Shown here piece after piece: positions 23,058-37,139 of a stretch of DNA of 64,000 nt (the stretch's first letter is position 1; every line of letters begins with the position of its first letter). This DNA comes from Macrostomum lignano (Eukaryota). The notes beneath the pieces were generated by a model. The model was given only the letters and a program-made list of their open reading frames with translations, had not been told where the DNA came from and made no database searches. The DNA lies in assembly GCA_002269645.1 (NCBI GenBank), contig NIVC01000992.1:186001-250000 (forward strand). The letters run 5' to 3'. Position numbers and translations under genes: made by a program.

Positions 23058-25365
23058 TTAAAAAGTTTAGCAAAAAAAAGTAATTTTTGTGACCGCGAGG
23101 AACGATTTTACGAGTGTAGTTAACGTAGAAATCATTTTTGCTATTTGTTATTTAGATGTGAAGCATCGATCCGTAAGAAGCTCCGCAGGATTTGTGTTTT
23201 TAAGCCCAGAAATTCCTTTTGGGTATGGGATTCGATGATATTCATAAATGAAGTTTTTTTATGCTCCGTCGGGCGCTTAAAATCAATGTAAACAAAATCA
23301 ATAATAGGGCTTTTTGGATTGTCTTTAAAATATCATAGCAAATTATTTATAATTAGAAGTTGCAAGCTCTGTAATGAATTTGTTAATATTTATGTTGAAA
23401 TTCGAATTTTAATCAATGGATAGAAAACGATTGTTTGGGTTTTGATTTTTATGCACACGCAGCAACATGCTAAATTTGCATGGTAACTGAGCTACCTAAA
23501 AGTACGATTTTGCAACCGCTAGAGGTTCCTAAAAGCAGCGCACATGTTGCACTGAGACTGCGGATGATGTCAAGCAAAAAATTGAGTAGAACTTGGCGGA
23601 AGAACACAGAGAGAGAGAGAGAGATGAAGGACAGACAGAGGCTGAGTGAGAACCAGCAAAGCCGCGGACTTTCTTGCCGCTCCATCTCCGCCTTTCCCAT
23701 CTCTCTATCCATCTATGCTATCTATCTTTTTCTTTAATCCGAAGGGAGCAATCCTTCGGGCTGCGCGGCTTCCTGAGGATCTGAGACGACTCTCCCCCCC
23801 ACATCCCCATCATTCCAAATCCATTCCCGCTGGCCCACCGCGAGAGTGGAATTGAGTTGGGAATGAGGAAAAAGGCATGTGTATGCCTGCGTCCTGCTGG
23901 GGTGGATAGAAAAGTCCGGGATTTCGGCTGACGAGACAGTTGAGGGGTGGGGGGGGCTGAAAATGAAGGGAGCAAAGTGGAGAAGCAGCATTATTTTCAC
24001 TCTTGGCCAGCCAGAGCCTGAGCCCTGCGTCTCTACGCCAGCCGTGCATTGCCATCATAGTTTGCTCATTTTTAGTCCAACGAAACCAGGAAGCAACAGG
24101 GGCTAGGAAGGGGGGATGGGGATGAATGCTACATTGCTGGATCGCATGGGAAAGCCTCACGATGGGTGCGCGTGTATATATGGACGGGAGTTAAACCATG
24201 TGTGTGTTTGTGTCGTCCCAGTTTTTCGACGGGCTCATGCGAATCTTCAATCAATGCAATGTTACCGGCGGCTTTTTTGCTTCCGTGGTGAGCAGCAAAG
24301 GCCTCTGCTTCTCTTCACATTTCTCTCCGCCTCTCTCTCCTCTTTCTCATTCTCGAATGAGTGCCTGCTTCCACGTTAGGCAATCAAAAAGTACCAACTT
24401 TGTTCTGCACATTTTCCCAGTCGATTTCAACAAAACTGTTAAGTTTAGACAATCTCAAAATACAATATTGTCTTTCAATTTTTCAGAACCTTATTTAAGG
24501 CTTTTATTTAGACAAGGAAACATCAAATTTAGCCGTTGTATCGTGAAATCTCGTAGTTTTAGAGTCGTCTAATAAAGTCACTTAATTTTCCTATTTTACC
24601 TGTGTTCTCCTGCAACGACTTTGGGACGCTTCTTAGCTTGTACCGTTTTCCTGCTTCTATTTTGACAAGTTTTATTTAGTCATTTGGGCAACACTTTTCC
24701 TTCAATCTGTACGTCGAATACTTTCAACAGAAGAAACAACTTAACGTGTGAAAATCTCAAGCAGTCACCTAATATTCAGCTCTTTACACAGGTCGAGGCA
24801 AACTTCAGCCTTCTCTCTTCACTTTTTCTATTCTATCTCTTTGTCTGCTTTCTTCAGAAATGTCTGGGATGAAAAAGAACGAGGGGGGGGGGGAGAAAAA
24901 CCTAGAAAAGAAGACCGTCGACTGCAGAGTGTACACAGCCCACCCGCCAAGCCAAGTTCTTTTAAACAAGTACTGTACATGCCTGATACGACGCGGTGAT
25001 GATTTTCACTTTAAACCGTAGGTTGCTTTTCGCCCAGAACCCATCTGTCCCCTCAAGACTGCAGACGCTCCTGCAAGCTTGTCTCCCTGGAGACACTGTC
25101 AATCAAAGAGCTGCACTGGCACGCTATCGAAGCCAAATTCCGTTTGGGGAAGATAGCAGTAAATCTTTTTCAACCAACCACTCGTATAGTAATTTCTTTA
25201 TGGAAGAATATGGCAATGCTATAGATTTTTTCACCGAATTTTATTTAAAATTCAATCGAAAATCCTTTCTTTTAGAATAATTCAGTTGAATTCGTTCAAC
25301 AATTAAAACAAAACAAATGGCACGTGATCTTAATTAAAAAAATGATATGGCCGCAGTTAACTTAC

Positions 25366-25421
25366 ACTTCCACTCTCTCCACCTTCACTCCCCACGGATC
25401 TGTGGCGTCGTCAAGCATATT
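25366..25421 (-). CDS. STOM: Stomatin-like gene, exon (56 bp)
   Basis: NMLDDATDPWGVKVERVE(V); ttttcag| acceptor, GT|gtaagt donor (phase 2). Confidence 0.95.
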
Positions 25422-25699
25422 CTGAAAATTAAAGCAAAACATGCACGTCTGTTAAAGGACGAAAATAGATTGCAATTTGAAATGGCTTCGATTTCTCACT
25501 GTTGTCTGACAACAGATTAAAACATCACTAATCATGAAAAATATCCCTAACTGCTTGCGCGGCCTTTCGATTCGATTAAAAACATTATTTCTAAAACAAA
25601 ATTCCATAAAAAACTCATTCTATTCGAATGAGTTTAATCTATTTAATAGCAGGCTGGAACTGTGTATATGCAGATTGGTCAGTCTAAACTGTAAATTGT

Positions 25700-25880
25700 T
25701 CAGTGTAATCTATAGATTGTTTAGTCCAATCTATGAATTGTTCTGTGTAATCTATAGATTGTTTAGTCCAATCTATGAATTGTTCTGTGTAATCTATAGA
25801 TTGTTTAGTCCAATCTATGAAATGTTCAGTGTAATCTGTAGATTGTTTAGTCCAATCTATGAATTGTTCTGTGTAATTTC
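25700..25880. repeat. 42-bp tandem repeat (TGTAATCTATAGATTGTTTAGTCCAATCTATGAATTGTTCTG), about 4 copies with degenerate flanks
   Basis: Direct reading; apparent 2 x 21-bp substructure. Confidence 0.9.
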
Positions 25881-26713
25881 AGTCCGATTTGTAGATTATT
25901 TAATTTAATTTATAAAGTGTTAAATTACAATTCGTAGGTTGTTTTATTCAATCTGCAGATTGTTCAGTTCAATCTGTATCTGGAACAAGTAATCTGCTAC
26001 GACGTACATTTAATTTGTTAACATCAATGATATCAGAGTTAATTCCTATTCTTTCGTTATCCCTTACCCAGATACTCATACAATTCCGCTATACAATCAA
26101 TAACATAATCTTTCTGCAGCAAGCCATCCCACAGCAGAAATAAATCTCCAGCCACGGATGAATAAAGATGCACCTATATAAGAACTCTGTCCTCGGATTG
26201 ACCCCTATTTTAGCATTCTAGAGCTTCTCTGCTCACTGCTCAATTTGTATCGGATTTGCATAGGCCGGACCGAAGATTTCTGGTCGACTGAATCTCCGAT
26301 TGAGTGGCTGTAGAAATGCACTATTAGCAAATGAAACTTTACCTCGCTCGCCCTATCTCTGGGAATACAGATTAAGATTTCGGAGTTAGAAAGAGCCCCA
26401 TAGTTGATTGCTTGAGCTCTTGGATTCTTGGGAAAATTGCGGCAATGTAGAAGCGAAAGAAAATTTGTGGGATTTACTGCCAGATAAAAAAGAACTCCCA
26501 TTTCAGCTCGGGATTTACTGGGCTGTCGAAGCTCATCGAGAGTTTCTATTTATAGGAAATTTCGACTGAGTAATTTTTTTACTGATTTTGAAATTGGCTT
26601 ACAAGTACGTTAGCGGCCCAGGGATTGGCAAAGTTTTTACCTCAGGGGCCGGATAGAGAATCCAGCTCATGGCTGCGAGTCAGGTGAGAGTGGAAAGGAG
26701 AGGGAATCGAAGA

Positions 26714-27170
26714 TTAGATGAATAGATGAGAGAAAAGATAGGAGAGAAGGAGAGAAGAGGATAGAGAGGAAAGAGAGGAGTAAAGAGGAGAGAGGGGAGA
26801 GAGGAGGGAGAGAAGAGGAGAGAGAGGAGAGAAGAGGAGAGACGGGAGAGAAGAGAGAGAAGAGGAAGAGGGGAGAGGGGAAAGAGAGAAGAGGGGAGAG
26901 AAGAGAGAGGAGAGGGGAGAGAAGAGAGAGAAGAGTAAAGAGGAGAGAGGAGAGAGGGGAGAGGGGAGAGAAGAGAGAAGAGAGGGGAGAGGGGAGAGAA
27001 GAGAGAAGAGAGGGAGAGGGGAGAGAAGAGAGAAGAGAGGGGAGAGGGGAGAGAAGAGAGAAGAGAGGGGAGAGAAGAGAGAAGAGAGGGGAGAGGGGAG
27101 AGAAGAGAGAAGAGAGGGGAGAGAAGAGAGAAGAGAGGAGAGGAGAGAAGAGAGAAGAGAGCTAAGAAGA
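26714..27170. repeat. Polypurine (GAGAA/GAGGG) low-complexity tract
   Basis: Direct reading. Confidence 0.95.
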
Positions 27171-27955
27171 GGCAAACCTTGAGTGGGCCGGATTGCTATT
27201 GTGAAGTTTCAAAGGACTTTACCTGCCGGATAGAGAGGCTTGACAGACCGGAGTTTACCAACCCCTACATGGTTTACGCCCAGCCCTGCGGCTGAAAACA
27301 TCCGTTTCTGTTGTTTTTCTACGATGAAAAAATCATGGGAAAAATTTGAATTTTCCCCCGGGTCTTCCTACAACCCGGACCTTTCCTTTCCTAGACAGTC
27401 CCATCAAAAAAGCTATCTGCTTCAACTACGTCGAGTTCACAGCACATTTTAGAGTAGTAAAATATTTCGTGTACCTACTACACATATGGCTACTCCCCTT
27501 TTTCGGAGCTCTGCAACGCCCACGCGTTCTAACCGCACCAGGGGGGATAAAGCAAAAGAGCTTGTCAAGAGAGGTTGAATCAGAAATTGAATCTTCTTCC
27601 TATCTGCCAGTGCCTCGTGCTGGCGTGACTGTCCTGATAGTTGTAGGATTAACTCCTTCCGTGTGTGCCTGTAGCACTGAGATCTGCTGTGAGACACGCA
27701 GTTTTGCTGCACGAAATGTTAGGATCAAATCCAGGCTCGTACGTATATGCAACTCTTTCGTAACCTAAAAAAATGATTTTTTCTGCCCAACATGATCCGA
27801 TTTGAAAATTGGATGACATTTAGGCGGTTTTCGTTTTTCTCTGCGATCACATTTTCTAAACTTAGCTAACTTTTTCTAATCTATCTTCGATAGGTCCTTA
27901 ATGTTAATAGTTAAAAATCAAAGATCCGTTCTATAAGGTAGCGTAGCCTACTCAC

Positions 27956-28159
27956 CTGCATCATGTTGCTAATGCTCTCACGTTCGGACAGAATCTCGGA
28001 CAGATTCTTAGTGCCCAGCACATTGCGCAGAGTGGTGGCAGCCAGCAGGCGGGTGGATCTATCGGCGTCTTCCACGTTGGTGACAGCGATGACCGGATTG
28101 TAAATTCGGTAGTAAACAACTGCATCTACGGCCACCGTCACGGAGTCCTTCGTTAGCAC
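27956..28159 (-). CDS. STOM: Stomatin-like gene, exon (204 bp, SPFH domain)
   Basis: VLTKDSVTVAVDAVVYYRIYNPVIAVTNVEDADRSTRLLAATTLRNVLGTKNLSEILSERESISNMMQ; cgcag| acceptor, CAG|gtgagt donor. Confidence 0.97.
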
Positions 28160-29367
28160 CTGCGTAGTATAGACATTATTGAAGTTAAGACGCATGTATA
28201 TACACATTATCAGTCTCCAGTCTCGTGTACATGGGTGCAAGTGAGCCACACTTAGTTCTGGCTCGTGTGACCGAAACCTTTACCTGCTCTTAACGATTAA
28301 AAAGTCAGGGTCACTGTGCATCGCCATGTGAAGCATGTACCAGCGTATGCACAGTGCACAGTTTGTGTATATTACTATCTGACATCTGACATCTTATTCT
28401 GAAATAATTTTCGAGGGAAGCTCCATATTTCCACACTCCTTTGAAACTGGTAGCGGGCCGGCGTCGGTGGAGCAGCCGCAAAACCGCGTCGCGGATCCAA
28501 TCAAGTAAATCAAATTTCTTCGAGCCTACGTATACGCGTTTCACTCGGACTGCTTCACGCTTGCACACACACACACGCAACACACACTGGCTCTCTCCCC
28601 ACGACTTCTTTATTTTTCTCTCTCTCTCAGTTCTTGTGGATCTAGACCCGACTATACTCAGGCCCGAGCAGTCGCTTGCTTCTCGAATTCTCCCATTTTT
28701 CTTCCTCTCCATCCTCTAACCCCGATCTCTCTATGACTTGGGCTCGTCGTCCTTCCTTAATTTCCTTTTCTACTCGATTGCCCGCCCCAACGTCTCTCTC
28801 CTCCTCCTCCTACGATCGTCCTCCTCGTCCTCTCGTTCGCACCCAGTCGGGTTTTTTCGCGTCGTCACGACAGAAGCGAGTGCGCAGAAAAATGGAGAGA
28901 AAATGGACTAGCCAACCACCTCTCCTTCGCCTGATCGTCTCCTAATCTTTTGCCTATAATTTGCCGCCCTCCCCTCAGTCAGATGCCTTCAGGCATTGAA
29001 TTCACGCTAAGCTGGAGGATGGAGAGTGCGTGATGCAGAGAGGGTGGAAGGTTTGTAGGCTTCCCCCCATAGCTCGTGCGAACTGAATGTATTTGAGACT
29101 AAGGTTATACGGGTTCAGTCTAGAGGAGCTTTTGTAGAAAAGCAATATATTATCGAATTTTAGAATCCGTAAACAGCCTACTGATAATACAGGGATATGG
29201 AGAGAAGAAAGATTAAGGCTTTTGAGCTATTTGCGTCTGTTTAGGACTAGATGCTTTGAATAGCACTTGCTGTCGATGTATTAAGACCTTCAACAAAGAA
29301 TCCATCACTAGTCCCTACTAAAGGACCACTAGAAGTAGCGGTGTTATCAATGCCACTCAATGTCATC

Positions 29368-29615
29368 TTATGAATCTTAAAATATGAATATCATGATATG
29401 AATCTCATGGATCTCATGGATCTCATGAATCTCATGAATCTCATGAATCTCATGAATCTCATAAATCTCATGAGTCTCATAAATCTCATGAATCTTAAAA
29501 TATGAACCACATGATCGCATGACTTTCATGAACCTCATGATCTCATGACTCTCATGAATCTCATGATTCTCATAATATGAATCCCATGAATCGCATGATT
29601 TGAATCTCATGAATC
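29368..29615. repeat. 9-bp tandem repeat (ATCTCATGA)
   Basis: Direct reading. Confidence 0.92.
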
Positions 29616-29663
29616 TCAGTCCAGCTTAGCCCATCTCCAGTCCAAGCGAACCGGCGAACTCAC

Positions 29664-29819
29664 CTCCTGGGGCGGCACATCAAAGGTGACGGTACGCAGG
29701 TCCACTTTGCGGATCATGTCCATGCAGGGCACGATGAAAAACAGGCCGGGACCCTTGGCGCCTCCCTCAAGGATGCGGCCCAGACGGAAGATCACGGTCC
29801 GTTCGTACTCAGCAACGAC
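29664..29819 (-). CDS. STOM: Stomatin-like gene, exon (156 bp)
   Basis: [52 protein letters not shown]; tttgcag| acceptor, GAG|gtgagt donor. Confidence 0.97.
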
Positions 29820-29905
29820 CTGCAAAAAGGTTTTCGACAACGTGCATTCACTAAGATGAATAATTCATTTTTAGTTTCCATTGCATTAATAAGACGCTTT
29901 CGTAC

Positions 29906-30015
29906 CTTGATGCAGAGACACAGGGAGAACGGGAACGTGGCAAAGATAAGCGTGTAGGACAGGAACAGCAGCACTGCGCCGCAGAATCCCATGCCCTTGC
30001 TGTCGCGTTGTTGAC
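29906..30015 (-). CDS. STOM: Stomatin-like gene, exon encoding the hydrophobic membrane hairpin (first common exon)
   Basis: (G/S)QQRDSKGMGFCGAVLLFLSYTLIFATFPFSLCLCIK with the conserved Cys and hairpin Pro; acceptor ttttttgtcacctcag| is phase 1; donor AAG|gtacga. Confidence 0.95.
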
Positions 30016-32822
30016 CTGAGGTGACAAAAAAAGCGCATAAAGAGATGCATGCACGGGCAAGCGGCGGTTTTTGCCTCAAAGAAATCATTGTCATTCAAGT
30101 AGAGGGCTTTTAACGCAAAACGACCGCTTGAGGAAGCGGCCTAACAATGAAGACGGTACATACTCTCTTTATCAATTTACTGCGTCAACGCCAGCCTCAA
30201 TGGAAGCCTTCTGGTTGAAGGAATCTCACTTTGGAGGCTGCTTCCTGTTCGTTTTTGACTTGGAGAAATATACTGAATGACTGAGCCAGTTCCTGTTTGA
30301 TAAAGCCAAATTTTGAGAAATTTTCAACTCAACACTGGCGCGCCCTTCCGTTGCTGTGTAAAGCGTAGCAGATAACTGCTGCATATGGGGTGCTTGGGTG
30401 GCTCAGGTTTGCTTCTTTTTTCAAGAGCTCTTGGCATTATCAGAAAATTGTATGCACGTACCGGGGGTATTGGAGAAGAGAAGTAGAGCTTGTGAACTAG
30501 GCAAAATGGAACTGTAACTGTAAAATTTTAATTGAAAGACAAAACGTCCAGGCATTTCTTGGCCTTGAAAAATGAGCGGTACAGTTTAGACAAAACGGCT
30601 GCGGCTTTTCGTGAAATAAATCATCGGAAATCCTGGGTGGAACGCCACGAACTGACAAGCGGAACAAGCTAATTGATAAACGAGCCGCTCTATACGTCCG
30701 GCCCGCGCATATCTTAAACCCCTGTCCTGGCATTACCTTTTGGTAAAGAGCTAAGAAACTAGAACTGAATATTGTACTATTCATTTTTTATTAGTTGAAT
30801 TTCTGAACCGAAAAAGCTGCAACGCTTATAACAAGAGTCGAATGTTGAAACCATTCGACGTCCTTTATGGTTTAAAAGTCGCGTTATGTCGCGTAATTTT
30901 CGACAACTTTGGAGCGTGCGGAATTACGAGCTACATCCGAAGAGTTGCATTCTTTCATTTAGGCATTTTGGTTGGTAAGACAGCTACCGATAAGGCAGTA
31001 ATTACGTTGTAACTTACAAAGCATGAAGCTAAGTCAAATATCTATCCCTCATTAGAGGAGTTCAAGGACCACTGGGTGAACCAGTGTTGGCAATGGCACA
31101 TTTTGCACTCTTAGTTTTTGTTTGGGTGGTGGCCAAAGCTTGTAGCTGGGAAAAAGTGAAAAAAAATCCAGCAAAGACGAACGAAATTCGGTTCGCCGTC
31201 TTGTCAGCGCGTCATCGGCGCCACTGCAGTTTTCCGCTCTTCCCTTTTCGCTCTCTCCCGCTCCCCTTTTTCTATCCCCTATCTTGCCAAAAAGGAAAAG
31301 CAAAAGACGCTGCAGTTGCAGAACTGGGCGATTGGAAATTCGAGATCAGACTATATGTAAGCGCCGCTCGCTAACCTATATTCGACCACATCAGTTCTAT
31401 TCCTGTCCCAGTTTTTCATGCAGTCTGGACCTTTTGTCGTTGGAATATAAAAAAATTAGTGCCAACGTCGTTCAAAGCCGGAAAATATGAGTAAAAATTT
31501 CTGTCAGCTGTGTTATTGGTAACCCAGTGGCAAAGGCTAGAACACTTGAAGGTTATTATATCCTGAAGGACCGGAGACCGGGAGGGAAGCGAAATCGCGG
31601 GGTCAGAGCGGCACCAGCAAGTACGAGCTATAGAAGGAGGAAGCAGATAAAAGAGACGGGAATCGCATCAAAGACTTCTGAACCGGCTTTTCTGTCCCCA
31701 ATTTTCTTCAGGCATTTATAAAGAGCGGTGCGGACAAGCGATAGGACTGGATTTGGGTAGCAGTCAGACGCAGAGAGGCAGACAATTTTCTAGGTTGAAA
31801 GGAACAAGAGAAAAGGATGAAGAAGGAGAGAAATCCTCTCGAAGTCCATATAAAGGAAGCATCAGCTGGACGCGACGCAAGACAGAGGAGAGGCAGAGAA
31901 AAGGGTTGGGGATGGGGAAGTAGAGATCCGTTCCTTTTTTTCATTTAATGATTGCAACTACACAGGGCTCGGAGACCAACACGGGGCAGGGCGGGAGCGG
32001 AGGAGAGGTCGGCTGCTTGCGGCAGAGGTTGGAGCAGAGCCGGGGCGGATGGGGCGGCTGTCCGCTGCTTCGTATCTGGGGAATTCAAGAGTCGTCAGCG
32101 GTTTCTGCTCCCGCTAGACGCTGAAAAAATGCTGCTGAAAAGAGACTAAAGGAAAGATAGGAAAGGAGGGTAGAGACAGACAGAGAGAAGTCTGTCGTCA
32201 ACTCTGAGCTTTTGGGCCCTTCGGGCTTGAGTGGACGGGACGCGAGGCCAAGAAAAAGGAAGGGATTGGAAGGCAAAAAACCTGAGAGACAGTGGCCGCG
32301 ACAGAATAGTGATCGAAACTTGGGAGAAATTTGATCAACTCTCTTTTCTCTTTCCCTGTCTCTCTTTGGAGGCCGTTTTATATTGAATACTCTGCCGGCC
32401 GAGCAGTGCGCCTCGCAGCTTACCGACGCCTAAGCTGTGCCAGACAAAATGCAAATATCGGTTTCGTGTTGTTTGGAAGAATTTTTCCAATTTTCCCGTC
32501 CAGGAAGAGACTTAGAAACGGTTCGAATGACGAAACTCTCCTAAACGTCACAAAACGGTTACTTGAGCGACATCACAGAAGCTTAGTACTCACAACAGTG
32601 ACGCACAGACTTCTAAAGTGACTTGGTCTGCCATGATGGACTCAATTAAAATGATCAGATACAATCTTGCTCTAGCAAATGAGTAGGAAACGGGCCGCTT
32701 CACTTCAAATCAGTCGCTAGCAGAACCCCGACAGAGTTGATGCCATTGACCTCGCGACTGGACCAGGCAGGACTTCAAGCTAGTTCACTTGAAATAATCG
32801 GCTTCTTGGTGACACAGCTTAC

Positions 32823-33104
32823 CCTTGAATTTTGCGCTGCCTCCCGAGCTAACTTGGCCTCCTTCCAAGCTGAGGCCACCACCAATGCCACCGCCGTCGA
32901 CATCGCCTCCTTCGCCACCCTCGCCGCCACTGCCGCAGCCAAGAAGCAGCGCAGTGCAGCACCTGACGCAGCCCTTGTTGGCTCTATAGTTCCCTAGCTG
33001 CGAGTGCGGCGGTGGCTGCAGGTGCAGCAGCTGCGACCCCACAGGTAGATTGACTAAATTAGCCGACTCCAGGTTATCGCAATGCCAATCAACGACGTCT
33101 TCAG
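32823..33104 (-). CDS. Candidate symmetric (phase 1-1) N-terminal cassette exon of the stomatin gene
   Basis: Open frame EDVVDWHCDNLESANLVNLPVGSQLLHLQPPPHSQLGNYRANKGCVRCCTALLLGCGSGGEGG...AKFK; strong donor AAGG|gtaagc is phase 1; acceptor (33104 or 33098, both phase 1) is weaker. Confidence 0.5.
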
Positions 33105-33508
33105 CTATTGTACACGATCAATTTAAAGCTGCCTCAAAATGCCAGCACTGGTGCGAGCCTTTATAGCCGTCGGACCGCTTCTGTCTGCCACCAAGTCGGC
33201 CAGACGGACCCCAAAGGACGATAAGGACCACCCGCTGGTCTAGTTCCCATGGAAAACACATACACACAGTGTGCGAACTCTCCGGAACCCGGATGTTGTT
33301 TTGGAAAGTCAAGAAAAAGCTCTAGAGAGAAAGAGAAAGAATAGCCGCTGTCTGAAAGTCAGCCGACTTCACTCACCGGGGTCGCTCAGCGGCCCAGTTG
33401 CCGGGGGATTGTCCCGGTCCTGCATAGCAGCGGAATGCATCGCGTTCGTCGGTCGGTCCGCTCTACTTAATGTTTTCTTCCAATCTTATTTTTCGACAGG
33501 GCCAGTCT

Positions 33509-33510
<2 letters not shown>

Positions 33511-33569
<59 letters not shown>
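33511..33569. repeat. (CT)n microsatellite
   Basis: Direct reading. Confidence 0.97.
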
Positions 33570-33571
<2 letters not shown>

Positions 33572-36500
33572 CCTTTCTAACCCGGACAGCAGCGACGATT
33601 GCGTGCTGAGCAGAAATTTTTCGATCGTGAGTCTTCAGTAGCCGCGGCCTACATTGAAACCCTACCTCCTACCTCTTATAGCTAGCTCGATTGATACGAA
33701 CGAGTGGGCCGCTTTTTGGGAAGTTGAACCGAAAAGGAGGGGAAGTGCGAACCAAGCCTGGGAGGTGGGGATCCGTCGGGCCGTACAGGCGGCCTCGCAC
33801 GCCAGAGATAGGAGGTCGCCTCTCATTGGTTGATGCTTGCTTGGCTATGGAGTAGCCCATGGCCCTGGCCTAGCGATCGGGTGACTTAGCAGCTGAACAG
33901 CTTGCGAAGAAGAGCATAGGCAAGGCGCTTAATAACCAACGGCTTAACAAACAACTAGTCGCTACTGTAGGGTGCGGAACTTTCACCAAAAAAATTCCCA
34001 AGCGGCATCAATAATTCCTTGCGTGTGTAGTTAATCGACCTTTTTTATGACTTGAAAATTCTTCTTCGTACTAATTTTAATTAATTTTCATAAACTCGTG
34101 TCCTATGAGGCTAGAAGTTAAAATATAAAAAAAATTTGATGAACGCTAGTCGGGCTAAAAATCAAGCTCAACACAACTCAAGTCTGGCCTAAGTCCCAAC
34201 CATGCAAGTTGATGCTGCTTCGTCGGCTCAACTCGACATTGCTGTCAGCTCTTACTCTCTGCTACACACGCCAAGCAAACATCAACGTATATGTTCCGTG
34301 TATACTCAGGAGAAGTCCTCAATACCCGCCATCATTGGAAAACATACTCGGAAAGCCGAAAGGCACACACCACTCCGGCATACACTCGACAGAAAGGCCT
34401 CCTCTGCCTTCGGGGTATAATCAAATTACATTCTGTCCGGCAGCTTCTCCTTGCCCTTGGTGGCGCGAGGAGAGAGAGAGAGAGGAGGGAGAGGAGGGGA
34501 GGGGAAAGAGCAATGAGTGCCAAGGGAAGCGGCGGCGCATTGGGAATTGATGTTGTTTTCAGAGGACGGACGCTGCGGCTGGAATTTGTCCTCACGCCGA
34601 CGCCTCTTCTCCACTCTACTCGCGGGCGGACCTTCGCTCTCTTCGAACCCACAGCAGCCCCCATTCCCCTCTTCATTTCTAGGCCTATTCTTGATATATC
34701 TCATATTCTTATAGAAGAGCCTCGGTTGGTTTCTGTCCAAGTCGACTAGTGCTTGGAATTAGACTGAGGCTTTTGAAGTTTTTCACTCTCCTCCTTAGTC
34801 CCCACCCCCTTCATTCACGTAGCTTGCCTGTCGTCAGCCGAAGTCACTCGGTGACAGATCGAATTAGAAATGACTTGGGCTTTTCGCATACGAATGCACA
34901 ATCATTTAATGAAATATTCTTCCCTGGGATAGCCACAGGATCTAATACTGTTCGCTACTTACAGTGCGGTCTTTGCCTTCCTTCTCTGGGATTATTTCTT
35001 GCCTTGAAGATTCAAGCCCCCGTGTAGTATATGGGATCATTTCTTAAGCCTGACACTGAAATCCCCAATCCTAGCCGTCCTCTCACCTCTCCAACAAAAA
35101 TGAACAGACGAAAATGCGAGGAGCAGAAAAGAATTTCTAAAAACTAGCAAAAACGCGGACTTAGTCGGTGAAATCAATCACTGGAGACTAGACAGCCGGG
35201 CCCTGCGGCCCGGGCTTGTCCTTCTCATTAGAACGGCCTTGTTCTCAAGAAGAACCAAACCACAGCGTCTGCAGATATCAGATATGCAATTCAACGAAAA
35301 TTGCATAGCTTTTTAGTTGTTTTTCAACAACAAACTGTTCACAGAACGACACACTACTGAGCTTAGTAGATTGGTATCGGATTTTGTATAAAAAATTTCC
35401 TTAATTTCAAGCAAGCTTATTAAATACAAGCCTACTTGGCTACTGAATTCAGTAGCATTGCTACACTGTGTAATGAAATACACATCTGCGCAGGGCATTA
35501 GGGCAGGGAATTCGAACCCATAGCTTTCCCGAGCACTAAGGAAGTTGCTACCGATCCATGGAGACCGTAAAAATCGGTCAGGAATTCCCAGGTCTCCAAG
35601 AGGTCAGACCAATTTGCGAAATTCATTTCCAAAGCAGAAATTTAAAAGACCGACAGTGCCAGTTGAATGAATCATTTATAAAATCAATTTACCAAATCAA
35701 AGCGACGGCCTGAGTCCTCGCGGAGGACTTCTCTTGATTTTAGCCACTTTGCCACTTTCTAGACATCTGGTTTGAGACGAACACTCATCGGACCAGCCCA
35801 GCCCCTGTCCTTAAAGCTGAAGAGAGTGTAGACAACCTGGTTAGGTGCGAAAGTGCGGCCAAGTGTGAAACTAATACCTATCTAATCCGGCGAAATCGTG
35901 TTAGTCCCAAAAAGCTCGAGACTGCGCGTTTTCAAGCGCGGTTGGTCACGTCGGAACTGGGCTTGGATCTGCCTAGAGTCCAATTATAACCTGTGTTGAG
36001 TCCTTGAAAAAGATATCTCAGGATCCTATCCTATGTTTACCTTGCTAGAAGGCCAAGCCGATCCTACTATATGGTCGTCCCGTTTCAACTTGCAAAAACG
36101 AACATTTTCTATCTACCTCTTTAGTTTAGTTTCCATTAGAGGTAAATTCAATCCTGACTGAGATGGTTTCAACTCATTAATTTTTGACTGGTTTGAGCCT
36201 CTTTTCACCCATCTCCTATGGATATTGAAATGCGACTGTCATCAAATTTTGTTTACTGCCGTATTCCATTTCGCTCTGGAAAACCTTGCCCGTCCCTTGA
36301 GAGAATAAAGTGGCTAAGCTTTTTAAAAAAATGTGGATTTGGAGAATTGAAGTGAGGACTGGAAGGGATAGAGGGGACTATCAAATGCATTGCTAAACGT
36401 ACGTGTGTTCAAATAAAATATATAGGTCTCAAACTGTCTGTCACTGTCCATACACTTTCTCCGCTTTTTTTCTATCTGGTCTTCAATTTTTTGCCAGCCC

Positions 36501-37139
36501 GCGGGGGCTTTAGTGAGAAGGAACCGAATGGTTTAAGGAGACCGAGAAAACTCCTCCCTTCGGGTGAGTATACGAAAGATGGGCCGATGTGACACATATG
36601 TATAGAAAGCTAAAGGGAATCAAATGGAAACGGAGAGGAGTCTCACGTCGTACCCCTGTTTCTGCTCACAGGGAAACGGGATCTCTGCATAATCTAGCTA
36701 TATCTTTCTCTTTCGTGCTCAAGCTTAAGGGGGTGCGCAAATCAAGAAGAATATAGTCACGATGTCACGCCTGAATAAAATTTCTGTCGAGGATGTTTCG
36801 AAAATGCCTCGATATTCTTTCTGCTCCATTGCCTATATAAATAATTCATCATCCAAAGCATTGATATTTATTTTCATTCTTGCTTGGCGCCTTTTTGTTC
36901 ACTTTCTAATGCTTTTTAAATGATCCATTGTTGTGTGATTTCGCGTCTCCGCGCTGACTGATGGAAAATTGGTCTGGCACTCGAATTGCAGACTTAAATC
37001 GGAACTAAAATATCAGCAGCGGTGGGATGATAGGCAGAATTTTATCTCGGGGAAAAGCATAATAATAATATAATAATAAATAATTAATTGCACCGACTCT
37101 AATGGACAGATATGCAACAGATATGGAGCAGACCCGCTC

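Noticed and set aside
33672-33860. Further candidate first exon (MGYSIAKQ... or MRGDLLSL...G|gtagga)
   Set aside because: The protein-like frame ends in phase 2 with no matching acceptor; the phase-1 frame has a weaker donor and no supporting features. Left unresolved.
35480-35560. B-box-like GGGTTCGAATTCCC on the minus strand (tRNA or SINE head?)
   Set aside because: No convincing A box, cloverleaf or second copy in the window.
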